Assembly: GCA_963725585.1 (NCBI GenBank)
Contig: CAVRYU010000006.1
Location: 20,540 to 84,539 of the forward strand
Source: an uncultured Bacteroidales bacterium
GTDB taxonomy: Bacteria > Bacteroidota > Bacteroidia > Bacteroidales > VadinHA17
Direction: 5' to 3'
Length of the DNA stretch: 64,000 bases
The notes under the pieces were generated by a model. The model ran no database searches, was not told the origin of the DNA, and saw only the letters and a list, made by a program, of their open reading frames with translations. The position numbers and the translations under genes are program-made. Below are positions 1 to 10,514 of this stretch, in pieces (position 1 is the stretch's first letter; each line of letters starts with the position of its first letter).

Positions 1-1
1 C

Positions 2-1075
2 CTTACACCTGAGGCTGTAAATCTCCTTGTCGAAAATGGCAATGAGGTTATCCTTCAGAAGGGAGCCGGTACAGGCGCCAATTATTCCGATAAGGATTAT
101 GCCGAAAACGGTGCGGTCATAACTGAATCACCTGCCAGGGTTTTCAGTGCCGATGCAGTTATCAAGGTTGCCCCGTTTACATTGCAGGAAGTCGATTACC
201 TTAAAGGTAACCAGATAGTTATGTCTTTTTTGAATGTCCTCCAGCTAAGCGAGGAGACCCTGGGTAAACTTATAAGGAAAAAGGTGACTGCAATTGCACT
301 CGAAAAGATACGTGATATTAATGGCGTTATGCCAGTTATGGAATCGATGAGTGAAATAAGCGGGGTTACATCTATCCTTGTTGCATCCGATTATCTGAGC
401 AATCATCATGGCGGGAAAGGTGTCCTGCTGGGCGGAATTACCGGTGTTACACCTACGGAGGTAGTGATAATAGGGGCCAACACTGCAGGTGAATATGCTG
501 CACGTGCAGCCCTGGGCCTGGGTTCGCAGGTTAAAATATTTGATCAGTCGCTTCATAATCTCAGGAGATTCCAGAACCTTATAAACCAGCGTCTTCAGAC
601 ATCCGTTTTTCATCCCCAGGTTTTGAAGAAAGCCCTTAAATCAGCCGATGTTCTTATCGGGGCCATTGAGCTTGAGGATCTTCGCCCCTGGTACTACATT
701 ACTGAGGAGATGGTAAAAACTATGAAAAAAGGGTCAGTTATTATTGATCTGAGCATCGACCGCGGCGGATGTATTGAGACAACCGAATGTCGCGCACTCA
801 GGGATCCTGTTTATGAAAAGCATGGTGTTATACATTTCTCGGCATGGAATCTTCCGTCGCGAATGGCTCGCACTGCTTCAATAGCTCTCAGCAATATCTT
901 TAATCCTCTTTTCCAGGAGATTGCAGAGGCAGGAGGAATAATCCATTTGCTTAAGAATGACCGGGGAATGCGAAACGGTGTTTATCTGTTTAACGGAATC
1001 CTGACAAATGAGACATTAGCCCAGAAATTCGGAGCGATTTCAAAAGATCTGGATCTCCTTATTTCCGCTTTCTGA
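2..1075 (+). CDS. ald: Alanine dehydrogenase / AlaDH-PNT family protein, 5'-partial (runs off the window start)
   Basis: The frame is open from position 2 (LTPEAVNLLVENGNEVILQKGAG). It contains MSEISG, GKGVLLGGITGV and DLSIDRGGCIETT, typical of AlaDH. The Rossmann Gly motif is degenerate (GANTAG). Confidence 0.8.
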   Translation, partial: LTPEAVNLLVENGNEVILQKGAGTGANYSDKDYAENGAVITESPARVFSADAVIKVAPFTLQEVDYLKGNQIVMSFLNVLQLSEETLGKLIRKKVTAIALEKIRDINGVMPVMESMSEISGVTSILVASDYLSNHHGGKGVLLGGITGVTPTEVVIIGANTAGEYAARAALGLGSQVKIFDQSLHNLRRFQNLINQRLQTSVFHPQVLKKALKSADVLIGAIELEDLRPWYYITEEMVKTMKKGSVIIDLSIDRGGCIETTECRALRDPVYEKHGVIHFSAWNLPSRMARTASIALSNIFNPLFQEIAEAGGIIHLLKNDRGMRNGVYLFNGILTNETLAQKFGAISKDLDLLISAF

Positions 1076-1086
1076 ATCTTAAATCC

Positions 1087-1204
1087 GGTTCCTGGTTGCT
1101 GGTTACTGAGGAATCCCCCTTTGAAGGGGGTAGGGGGATGTAAAACCATCTGTTTACATGTACTCACCCCTAAATCCCCTCTCTACTTCGTAAAGAGGGG
1201 ACTT
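1087..1204. repeat. Intergenic G/C-tract palindromic element (REP-like) between convergent genes
   Basis: Hairpin CCCCCTT-TG-AAGGGGG followed by TAGGGGGATGT (1115-1141), then an inverted partner CACCCCTAAATCCCCTCT...AGAGGGGA (1163-1203). The first arm recurs at 45250-45277. Confidence 0.7.
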
Positions 1205-1226
1205 TCCAAAAGATACCTCTTGCCAG

Positions 1227-2142
1227 CTAGATGTAAGTTAGTACAGCCTCTTCCCCCTTTAAAGTGATTTTTGCAATTCTTGCCAATATAAAAAGCCCTG
1301 TTGTCATCAATATGCCCAGCAGGAAAATCAAACAAAACAGGGTATTTATAATCCGACACTGCTTCAACAATAGTCGTTTCAGCACTTTTCCCCCAGGGAA
1401 TTTTTGTGTTCTCCATTTTAGTCAGCCCACCGACAACCAGACCCGAGAGTCCTTTCAGCTTTCCGGCGAGTCTGAGTGAATTCATCATCCTGTCGAGATG
1501 ATAGTAGTATTCCCCCACCTCTTCAATAAACAGGATCTTTCCACGTGTTTCGGGTTCAGCTTTTGTTCCGATCAGGCTATAAATCAACGACAGATTTCCA
1601 CCGGTAACCTCTCCCGTGAAATTACCGGGACGGATGAAAGTTCCTTTCCAGGAAAGAGGCTTGTACCCTCCGAACAATGCATCATGGAGAGTACTGAAGG
1701 TTGCAGGTGTTTTGTCCTTGTCTGAATAATTCAGCGGCATTTCGCCATGTATCGAAGCTATTCCGGTGACTTCGTTAAGCCACAGATGCAGTACGGTTAT
1801 ATCGCTGAAACCTACAAACCATTTCGGACTTTTTTTCAGCGCTGAAAACTTCATCCTGCTTATTATCCGGAGTATACCATATCCACCTCTTGAGCAGAAC
1901 ACTGCTTTTATATCCCGGTCATTTGTCATTTTCTGAAGATCGTAAAGACGCTCATCATCATTCCCGGCAAAAGGTCCTGAGCATTTCAATATATTTTTAC
2001 CGGTTCTAACCTTTAATCCCCAGCTTTCAAGAAAAACGATGGCAGAATTAATTTTATCTTCATCAATTGACCATGAAGGAGAAACAATTGCAACCTGATC
2101 GCCCCGACTGAGAAACGGAGGCTGGATTTTTTTCACAGACAT
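1227..2142 (-). CDS. LD-carboxypeptidase (peptidase S66); probable single-base indel near the 3' end
   Basis: Motifs [25 protein letters not shown] and PAGH are present. A frame change near 1278 gives ...[16 protein letters not shown]-stop at 1227; the ORF track instead reads on into the repeat to 1183. Confidence 0.88.
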
Positions 2143-2207
2143 TTTACAGCTTATATCCTGTAAAAATAATCCTTATTGGCAATCCATCCAACTGCATGAA
2201 TAAACAT

Positions 2208-2215
2208 TATCTTTG
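2208..2215 (+). promoter_or_regulatory. Bacteroidota sigma-A -7 box (TATCTTTG) for metG
   Basis: Matches the TAnnTTTG consensus about 40 bp upstream of ATG 2254. Confidence 0.6.
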
Positions 2216-2253
2216 TGCGATTTCAGAAATAGGTGACCATTCTTAATAGAATT

Positions 2254-4287
2254 ATGAAGAATTTCAAACGATATCTTATTACTTCCGCCCTGCCCTATGC
2301 CAATGGCCCATTGCATATTGGCCATCTTGCCGGTGTTTATGTCCCGTCGGATATTTACACGCGTTATCTCCGGATGAAAGGGGCAGATGTAATATCAATC
2401 TGCGGATCGGATGAACATGGAGTACCCATAACACTAAAAGCACGCAAGGAGGGAATTACTCCTCAGGAAGTCGTTGACAGGTATCATACATTGAACAAAA
2501 AAGCATTTGAAGATTTCGGTATTGCTTTTGACATTTACTCACGGACCTCAAATAAGGTTCATTATGAAACAGCATCGGATTTCTTCCTGAAACTTTACAA
2601 CAAGGGTGAATTCATTGAAAAAACATCGGAACAATATTATGATGAAGAGGCCGGATGTTTTCTGGCCGACAGGTATATAACCGGAACGTGCCCGCATTGC
2701 GGAAATGAAAATGCATACGGGGACCAGTGTGAAAAATGCGGTACATCATTAAGTCCGAATGACCTGATAAATCCCCACTCGACAATCAGCGGAAGCAAGC
2801 CCGTTCTCAGAGACACACTTCACTGGTACCTGCCTCTTGACAAATACGAGAGCTGGCTGAAAAAGTGGATCCTCGAGGATCATAAGGAATGGAAAACAAA
2901 CGTTTACGGGCAATGCAAATCATGGATCGATCAGGGACTTCAGCCAAGGGCTGTAAGCCGCGATCTTGACTGGGGTGTACCAGTTCCTGTTGACGGGGCA
3001 AAGGGAAAAGTCCTTTACGTATGGTTCGATGCACCAATAGGATATATATCAGCAACAAAAGAATTAACGCCCGACTGGGAAAAATACTGGAAGGATCCGG
3101 AGACAAAAATGGTTCACTTCATCGGGAAGGATAATATCGTTTTCCATTGTATAATTTTCCCGGTAATGTTAAAGGCTGAAGGTTCATTCATACTCCCTGA
3201 GAATGTTCCGGCCAATGAGTTTCTCAATCTCGAGAATGACAAGATCTCTACATCACGCAACTGGGCTGTGTGGCTGCATGAGTACCTTGAAGAATTCCCT
3301 GGCAAGCAGGATGTTCTGAGGTACACCCTCTGTTCCAATGCACCTGAAACAAAGGACAATGACTTCACCTGGAAAGATTTCCAGGCCCGCAATAACAATG
3401 AACTTGTTGCCATTCTTGGAAATTTCGTTAACCGAACACTGGTTCTCACCGGCAAATATTACGACGGCAGGGTACCGGAAAGAGGGAAAGCTGATGAAAA
3501 TGATACTTCAGTCCTGAAAGAGATTTCAAAGATCCGGGAGAATGTTGAAACCAGCATCGAAACTTACAGGTTCCGGGAAGCTCTCAGGGAAGCAATGAAC
3601 CTTGCAAGGCTTGGCAATAAATATCTGGCTGATGCTGAACCCTGGAAAATAGATAAAACTGATCCGGAAAGAGTAAAAACAATAATGAATATTGCTCTTC
3701 AGATAACAGCAAATCTTACAATAGTTCTTGAACCATTTCTCCCTTTCTCAATGAACAAGCTGAGAAAATGGATAAATATCGATCTTAAAAAATGGGACGA
3801 GGCAGGAAATGATGATCTTCTTAAGCCGGGTCATTTTATTAATAAGCCCGGACTTCTGTTTGAAAAGATTGAGGATGAAGCGATCCAGAGGCAGATAAAC
3901 AAGCTGGAATCCACCAAAAAGGTTAATGAGTCTGAATCTGCAAAAATATTACCTTCCAAGGACCCGGTTACATTCGACGACTTTACAAAGGTCGATATCA
4001 GGACGGCGACCATACTTGAAGCAGAAAAAGTACCTAAAACCACCAAGCTCCTAAAGCTGAAGATCGACACAGGTCTTGATGTCAGAACAATAGTATCAGG
4101 AATTGCAGAGTATTATGAGCCTCAGTCGATAATCGGAAGGCAGATCTCAATTGTCGCTAATCTTGAACCAAGAAAAATAAAGGGGATTGAGTCAAAAGGG
4201 ATGATCCTGATGGCCGAAGACAAAGACGGAAAACTTGTAATAGTTACGCCTGCTGATAAAGTAAGCAACGGTAGTGCGATAAAATAG
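2254..4287 (+). CDS. metG: Methionine--tRNA ligase with C-terminal tRNA-binding domain
   Basis: [16 protein letters not shown], Zn knuckle CPHC..CEKC, YVWFDA, KISTS and a C-terminal Trbp111-like domain ([14 protein letters not shown]). Confidence 0.98.
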   Translation: MKNFKRYLITSALPYANGPLHIGHLAGVYVPSDIYTRYLRMKGADVISICGSDEHGVPITLKARKEGITPQEVVDRYHTLNKKAFEDFGIAFDIYSRTSNKVHYETASDFFLKLYNKGEFIEKTSEQYYDEEAGCFLADRYITGTCPHCGNENAYGDQCEKCGTSLSPNDLINPHSTISGSKPVLRDTLHWYLPLDKYESWLKKWILEDHKEWKTNVYGQCKSWIDQGLQPRAVSRDLDWGVPVPVDGAKGKVLYVWFDAPIGYISATKELTPDWEKYWKDPETKMVHFIGKDNIVFHCIIFPVMLKAEGSFILPENVPANEFLNLENDKISTSRNWAVWLHEYLEEFPGKQDVLRYTLCSNAPETKDNDFTWKDFQARNNNELVAILGNFVNRTLVLTGKYYDGRVPERGKADENDTSVLKEISKIRENVETSIETYRFREALREAMNLARLGNKYLADAEPWKIDKTDPERVKTIMNIALQITANLTIVLEPFLPFSMNKLRKWINIDLKKWDEAGNDDLLKPGHFINKPGLLFEKIEDEAIQRQINKLESTKKVNESESAKILPSKDPVTFDDFTKVDIRTATILEAEKVPKTTKLLKLKIDTGLDVRTIVSGIAEYYEPQSIIGRQISIVANLEPRKIKGIESKGMILMAEDKDGKLVIVTPADKVSNGSAIK

Positions 4288-4288
4288 A

Positions 4289-5218
4289 TTATTTTTTCGA
4301 GATCCAGGTTCCCGGGAATTTCTTTGAGATGCTGTCCCTTGTTGAAAGGGCTGTTTCTTTACTGGTGCATGTCATGGCTGTGACTCTGTAAAAACCATTT
4401 GAAGCCTGATGTACTTCTGGTTCATATCCGTCGGCTTTAAGGATTTCGACATGCGAAAGGGCATTCCCCTCCGATTTAAAGCTTCCTGTAATTATTGTAT
4501 ATAGAACTTCTTCAACTGGTTCAGGGGGTGTTTCTGGCTTTACAGGAATACTGGTGTCGGGGACAATGATAGCAGCCTCATCAATGGCTTTTTTATTATT
4601 TTCAAATTCCGCAGTGACAAGGGGATTAAGTGAAGTTGCTTCGACCCTTGTTTTAAAAAGATCAGTTTTCAGTGGAACAGCTATAAGCAGTGCAAGAACA
4701 GGAATCAGAACAGCCGCTCTCCACAGGTTCTTCCTGGAAGCGATGACCTTTATCGGTTCTCTGCTGATATGCCTGGTCACTCTTCTACGAACATCATACT
4801 CCCTCGCTGGCTGCCACTGAAATGATTCAAGCCCATATGAACCTGCATGATAATTAATATTCGGCTCAGGTTCAAACAGGATATTGTTTTCCCTGTTATA
4901 AACAAAGGTCCCGATATGGTCAAACTCAACCATTTCACCTTTCTCAAGTCTTCTTTTGATCTCTTTTACAAACTCTTCGACCATATTGCGGGAATCTCCG
5001 TAATTGACCCCTGAAGCCTGGGAAATTTTGCCAAACAGAAGTCCGTCATTGTGACTGAGGTTGCTGTTGAAGGAGATCTTTCTGACGGGAGGATAAAAAG
5101 TTCCGGAGCTTTCATCAGCATGAGCCGGCGAGAAGTTTCCTATAAACCCTCCAAAGCCAGGTACAATGACGCAGTCGTGTACAAATAAGAGTTCCCTTAT
5201 GAAAGCTTTTATATCCAC
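4289..5218 (-). CDS. HU-like (CCDC81-type) domain + transmembrane helix + SPOR domain protein
   Basis: N-terminal HDCVIVPGFGGF...NDGLL, a single hydrophobic helix (AAVLIPVLALLIAV) and a C-terminal SPOR-like YTIITGSFKSEGNA...WI. Confidence 0.8.
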   Translation of the reverse strand: MDIKAFIRELLFVHDCVIVPGFGGFIGNFSPAHADESSGTFYPPVRKISFNSNLSHNDGLLFGKISQASGVNYGDSRNMVEEFVKEIKRRLEKGEMVEFDHIGTFVYNRENNILFEPEPNINYHAGSYGLESFQWQPAREYDVRRRVTRHISREPIKVIASRKNLWRAAVLIPVLALLIAVPLKTDLFKTRVEATSLNPLVTAEFENNKKAIDEAAIIVPDTSIPVKPETPPEPVEEVLYTIITGSFKSEGNALSHVEILKADGYEPEVHQASNGFYRVTAMTCTSKETALSTRDSISKKFPGTWISKK

Positions 5219-5415
5219 AAAAATAATGGTTTTCCGGCAAGCAAAATAAGATCAAACGGGAGGCTTTCCCTAAAAAAACAGGTCGATGTTATTAACATTT
5301 TAACAACATGTTGTCACCACCCATGGGGTTAGAATTATAAATGAAATGAGCCCTTTCAGTTAAAAATATTCCGGCTGAAAAATATTATCTTCGTAACTTT
5401 AATAAATTCTTTCGA

Positions 5416-6552
5416 ATGAGAGATATCCAGATGGTTGACCTGAAGACACAGTATGAAAGAATCAGGTCCGAAATTGATGATGCAATTTTTTCTGTTATAA
5501 ATTCAACTGCCTTTATTAAGGGACCGGGAGTAAAACTCTTCGAGGAGGAATTACAGGCTTATCTTGGTGTAAAGCATGTTATTTCATGTGCCAACGGTAC
5601 AGATGCTCTTCAGATCGCAATTATGTCGCTTGGACTGAAACCCGGAGATGAGGTCATCACCACCAATTTTACTTTTATCGCCACAGTCGAAGCAGTTGCT
5701 CTGTTAGGTCTGAAACCTGTTATTGCCGATCCGGAACCCGGAAACTTCAATTTATCAGTCAGAGAAATAAGGAATGCAATAACCCGGAAGACAAGGGCTA
5801 TAGTCCCCGTTCACCTTTTCGGGCAATGTTCTGATATGGATGGAATAATGAAGCTTGCCCGGGAACATGATCTTCTCGTTATAGAAGATGCCGCGCAGGC
5901 TACCGGAACCGATTATATCTTTCCCGACGGCACAATCAGAAAAGCAGGTACGATAGGGAACGCTGGCACTACATCATTTTTCCCTTCCAAGAACCTTGGA
6001 TGCTACGGCGACGGCGGAGCAGTATATACAAATGACGATGAACTCGCAATAAAGCTTAGAAGCATTGCAAATCACGGAATGAAAGTGCGTTATCATTACA
6101 ATGATATTGGTGTCAATTCAAGGCTCGACACAATCCAGGCAGAAATATTAAGAGTCAAGCTTAAATATCTCAATCAGTTCAATAATGCCAGAAGAGCAGT
6201 TGCTGATTTTTATGATAAAGCTTTTGCAGGTTGTACCGGGATAGAAGTTCCTGTAAGGGAAAGCTATTCATCCCATATTTTTCATCAATATACAATCAGG
6301 GTTAAAAACGGGAAGAGGGATGATCTGAAGAGGTATCTTGAAGAGAATAAAATACCTTCAATGATCTATTATCCGGGTCCGCTCCATATGCAGGAAGCTT
6401 ATCGCTATCTCGGGTATAAAGAATCTGATTTCCCCGTTACAAACAACCTGTGCAAAGAGGTGCTCTCATTGCCTGTGCACACTGAAATGGAACAGGATCA
6501 GCTGGATTTCATCTCCAGGAAAATTCTATACTTTTTTGAAAGAAATCAATAA
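5416..6552 (+). CDS. DegT/DnrJ/EryC1/StrS PLP aminotransferase (WbpE/PorR-like)
   Basis: CANGTDAL, IEDAAQA, SFFPSKNLGCYGDGG and NSRLD motifs. Confidence 0.92.
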   Translation: MRDIQMVDLKTQYERIRSEIDDAIFSVINSTAFIKGPGVKLFEEELQAYLGVKHVISCANGTDALQIAIMSLGLKPGDEVITTNFTFIATVEAVALLGLKPVIADPEPGNFNLSVREIRNAITRKTRAIVPVHLFGQCSDMDGIMKLAREHDLLVIEDAAQATGTDYIFPDGTIRKAGTIGNAGTTSFFPSKNLGCYGDGGAVYTNDDELAIKLRSIANHGMKVRYHYNDIGVNSRLDTIQAEILRVKLKYLNQFNNARRAVADFYDKAFAGCTGIEVPVRESYSSHIFHQYTIRVKNGKRDDLKRYLEENKIPSMIYYPGPLHMQEAYRYLGYKESDFPVTNNLCKEVLSLPVHTEMEQDQLDFISRKILYFFERNQ

Positions 6553-7133
6553 TGGAAAGAGAATACTTTGCCCATGAAACTTCGGTTATAGACGAAGGCA
6601 CAAGAATAGGAAAAGGAACCAAAATCTGGCATTTCAGTCACATAATGACAGGTTCCGAAATAGGCGAGAATTGCAACATTGGTCAGAATGTAGTTATCTC
6701 ACCCGGTGTAAAGCTCGGAAAAAATGTGAAAGTTCAGAATAATGTATCTATTTATACGGGTGTTGTATGCGAAGATGATGTCTTTCTTGGCCCATCGATG
6801 GTTTTTACAAACATAGTCAATCCAAGAAGTGCAATTATCAGAAAGGACAGTTATGTTTCAACACTGGTTGAGAAAGGGGCATCTATCGGAGCCAATTCAA
6901 CTATCGTATGCGGAAACAGGATAGGCAAATATTCCTTTATCGGAGCAGGAGCTGTTGTTACAAAGGATGTTAAGCCTTATGCCCTCGTTGTGGGGAATCC
7001 TGCAAGGCAGACCGGCTGGATGAGCGAGTACGGGCACAAGCTTCAATTCGACGATAAAGGTTATGCCATCTGCCCTGAAAGCGGAGAGAAATACAGAATT
7101 CAGGATGGGAATGTCATTAAAGTCGATAAGTAG
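6552..7133 (+). CDS. Hexapeptide-repeat N-acetyltransferase (WbpD-like)
   Basis: IWHFSH, IGQNV, VKVQNNVSIY, GPSMVFTN and VGNPAR; translationally coupled (TAATG) to the aminotransferase. Confidence 0.9.
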   Translation: MEREYFAHETSVIDEGTRIGKGTKIWHFSHIMTGSEIGENCNIGQNVVISPGVKLGKNVKVQNNVSIYTGVVCEDDVFLGPSMVFTNIVNPRSAIIRKDSYVSTLVEKGASIGANSTIVCGNRIGKYSFIGAGAVVTKDVKPYALVVGNPARQTGWMSEYGHKLQFDDKGYAICPESGEKYRIQDGNVIKVDK

Positions 7134-7211
7134 TTAAATACTTTTTAATGAGTATCAGGTATCATGCTTGAATCCATTTTTTATTGTCCATTAGTTCAAT
7201 CTCTTTTGTCG

Positions 7212-7361
7212 GAGATTCCGAATCCCGAGTCCTCGGGATTCGGAATGACATTCCATTTTTGTTCAGGAGAGGGAAGAGTTGGCGATTCGTTGAGCGAATC
7301 GCCAACTCTTCCCTTAATTCTATCTAAAGCTCTGTCATTCCGAGCGTTAGAGAGGAATCTC
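7212..7361. repeat. 150-bp nested palindromic element (MITE/REPIN-like) inside the wbp operon
   Basis: 15-bp stem 7215-7246 and perfect 20-bp stem 7270-7314. Outer pairings are GAGATTCC/GGAATCTC and CGGAATGACA/TGTCATTCCG. Confidence 0.85.
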
Positions 7362-7374
7362 TCACCTTTTTTAA

Positions 7375-8391
<1,017 letters not shown>

Positions 8392-8414
8392 AAAATATTT
8401 ACCGGAACATGTAG

Positions 8415-9447
8415 ATGAAAAAGAAAATAATTGTGACAGGAGGGACAGGATACATCGGTTCCCATACAACTGTTGAGCTTATTGAAGATGGATTTGATGT
8501 AGTTATTATCGATAATCTTTACAATTCGGAAGCCGAAGTTGCCGACCGCATTTTCCAGATAACCGGAATAAAGCCACAACTTGCAGTTTTTGATATATGT
8601 GACAGGGAAAAACTGAATTCCTTCCTGATGAAGCAGGAAAATGTTGAAGGCATAATACATTTTGCTGCTTATAAGGCTGTTGGAGAGTCAGTTAACAAAC
8701 CGCTTGAATATTACAGAAACAATCTCCTGTCGTTGATCAACCTCCTGGAAGCCATGAAAACCTTTGGCATTCCGAATCTTGTTTTTTCTTCATCATGCAC
8801 AGTTTACGGACAGCCTGAAAAGCTTCCGGTGGCAGAAGATGCACCCATTCAGCCCGCAATGTCGCCTTATGGCAATACAAAGCAGATCTGTGAAGAGATA
8901 ATAAGAGATACCGCTGCTGCAACTGAAAAAATAAAAGCAATCGCATTAAGATATTTTAATCCTATAGGAGCTCATCCCTCAGCCCTCATCGGTGAGCTTC
9001 CAAGAGGAGTCCCCGAGAATCTGGTTCCTTATATAACCCAGACCGCTTATGGCCTGCAGGAAAGAACTGAAGGTTTTCGGTAATGATTACAATACTCCCG
9101 ACGGCTCGTGTATAAGGGATTACCTGCATGTAGTTGATCTGGCCAAAGCTCATGTGACAGCTGTAAAAAGACTTGTTGAAAGCAGAAACAAATCAAATTA
9201 TGAGGTATTTAATCTCGGAACCGGCATTGGGGTATCGGTACTTGAAGCAATTAAATCATTTGAACAGGTTACGGGGATCAGTCTGAATTATCAGATTACC
9301 GGACGCAGGGCCGGAGATATTGAAAAGATATGGGCCGATCCGTCACTCGCGAACAGGGAACTTGGATGGAGGACCGTCAGCACTCTTGATGAATCGATGA
9401 AAACAGCCTGGGAATGGGAAAAATATATAAGAAAGGATAAAAAATAA
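8415..9447 (+). CDS. galE: UDP-glucose 4-epimerase, split by one indel near 9058
   Basis: GGTGYIGSHT, FAAYKAVGES, YGNTK and LRYFNP, then in the next frame DGSCIRDYLHVVDLA. Confidence 0.92.
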
Positions 9448-10509
9448 TGACATCTGAAAAAACTATACTGGTAACCGGCGGTGCCGGATTCATAGGATCA
9501 CATGTAGTAAGGAGGTTTGTTACCAAATATCCCGGATACATGATAATAAATGCAGACAAGCTTACTTATGCAGGAAATCTGGAGAACCTGACGGATATCG
9601 AGAAAAAGAGTAATTACCTTTTCGAGAAAACCGATATTGTCAACAAACAGGCAGTATTAGATCTTTTCAGTAAATATCGCTTTGACGGGATAATCCATCT
9701 GGCAGCAGAATCGCATGTTGACAGGTCAATCACGGCACCCGATGAATTTGTTCATACAAACATAGTAGGAACCGTAAACCTGCTTAATGCTGCCCTTAGC
9801 ATATGGAAGGACAATAATGAGGGCAGGTTATTTTATCATATTTCGACCGATGAAGTTTACGGATCGCTTGGAAAAGATGGACTGTTCACTGAGGAAACAG
9901 CATATGATCCGAAAAGTCCCTATTCTGCTTCCAAGGCCAGCTCCGACCATATGGTAAGGGCATATGGACACACATTCGGCCTCCCTGTCATAATCTCCAA
10001 CTGTTCAAATAATTACGGTCCGAACCAGTTCCCGGAGAAACTGATCCCACTGGCAATAAACAATATTAAGAACAACAGGCCTATTCCTGTTTACGGAAAG
10101 GGAGAAAATATCCGCGACTGGCTGTATGTTGAAGATCATGCCTCAGCAATTGATCTGATATTTCATAAAGGGAAAGACCGGGGAAACATATAATATTGGC
10201 GGCAATAACGAATGGAAAAACATTGACCTTATAAAGCTTCTCTGCAAAATTATGGACAGGAAGCTTGGCCGTCCTGCCGGTACTTCAGAGGAGCTGATTA
10301 CATATGTTAAGGACAGGCCGGGGCATGATCTGCGCTATGCAATAGATTCGTCAAAGCTTCAGCATGGATTTGGATGGGCTCCGATACCTGAATTTGCTGC
10401 CGGACTTGAAAAGACAGTCGACTGGTACCTTTCCAACAGTAAATGGCTCGAAAGAATTATTTCGGGTGATTATGAGAAATATTACGATAAGATGTACTCG
10501 GGAAGATAA
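9447..10509 (+). CDS. rfbB: dTDP-glucose 4,6-dehydratase, split by one indel near 10178
   Basis: GGAGFIGS, DKLTYAGN, HLAAESHVDRS, STDEVYG and YSASK, then DRPGHDLRYAID in the next frame. Confidence 0.93.
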
Positions 10510-10514
10510 AAGCG

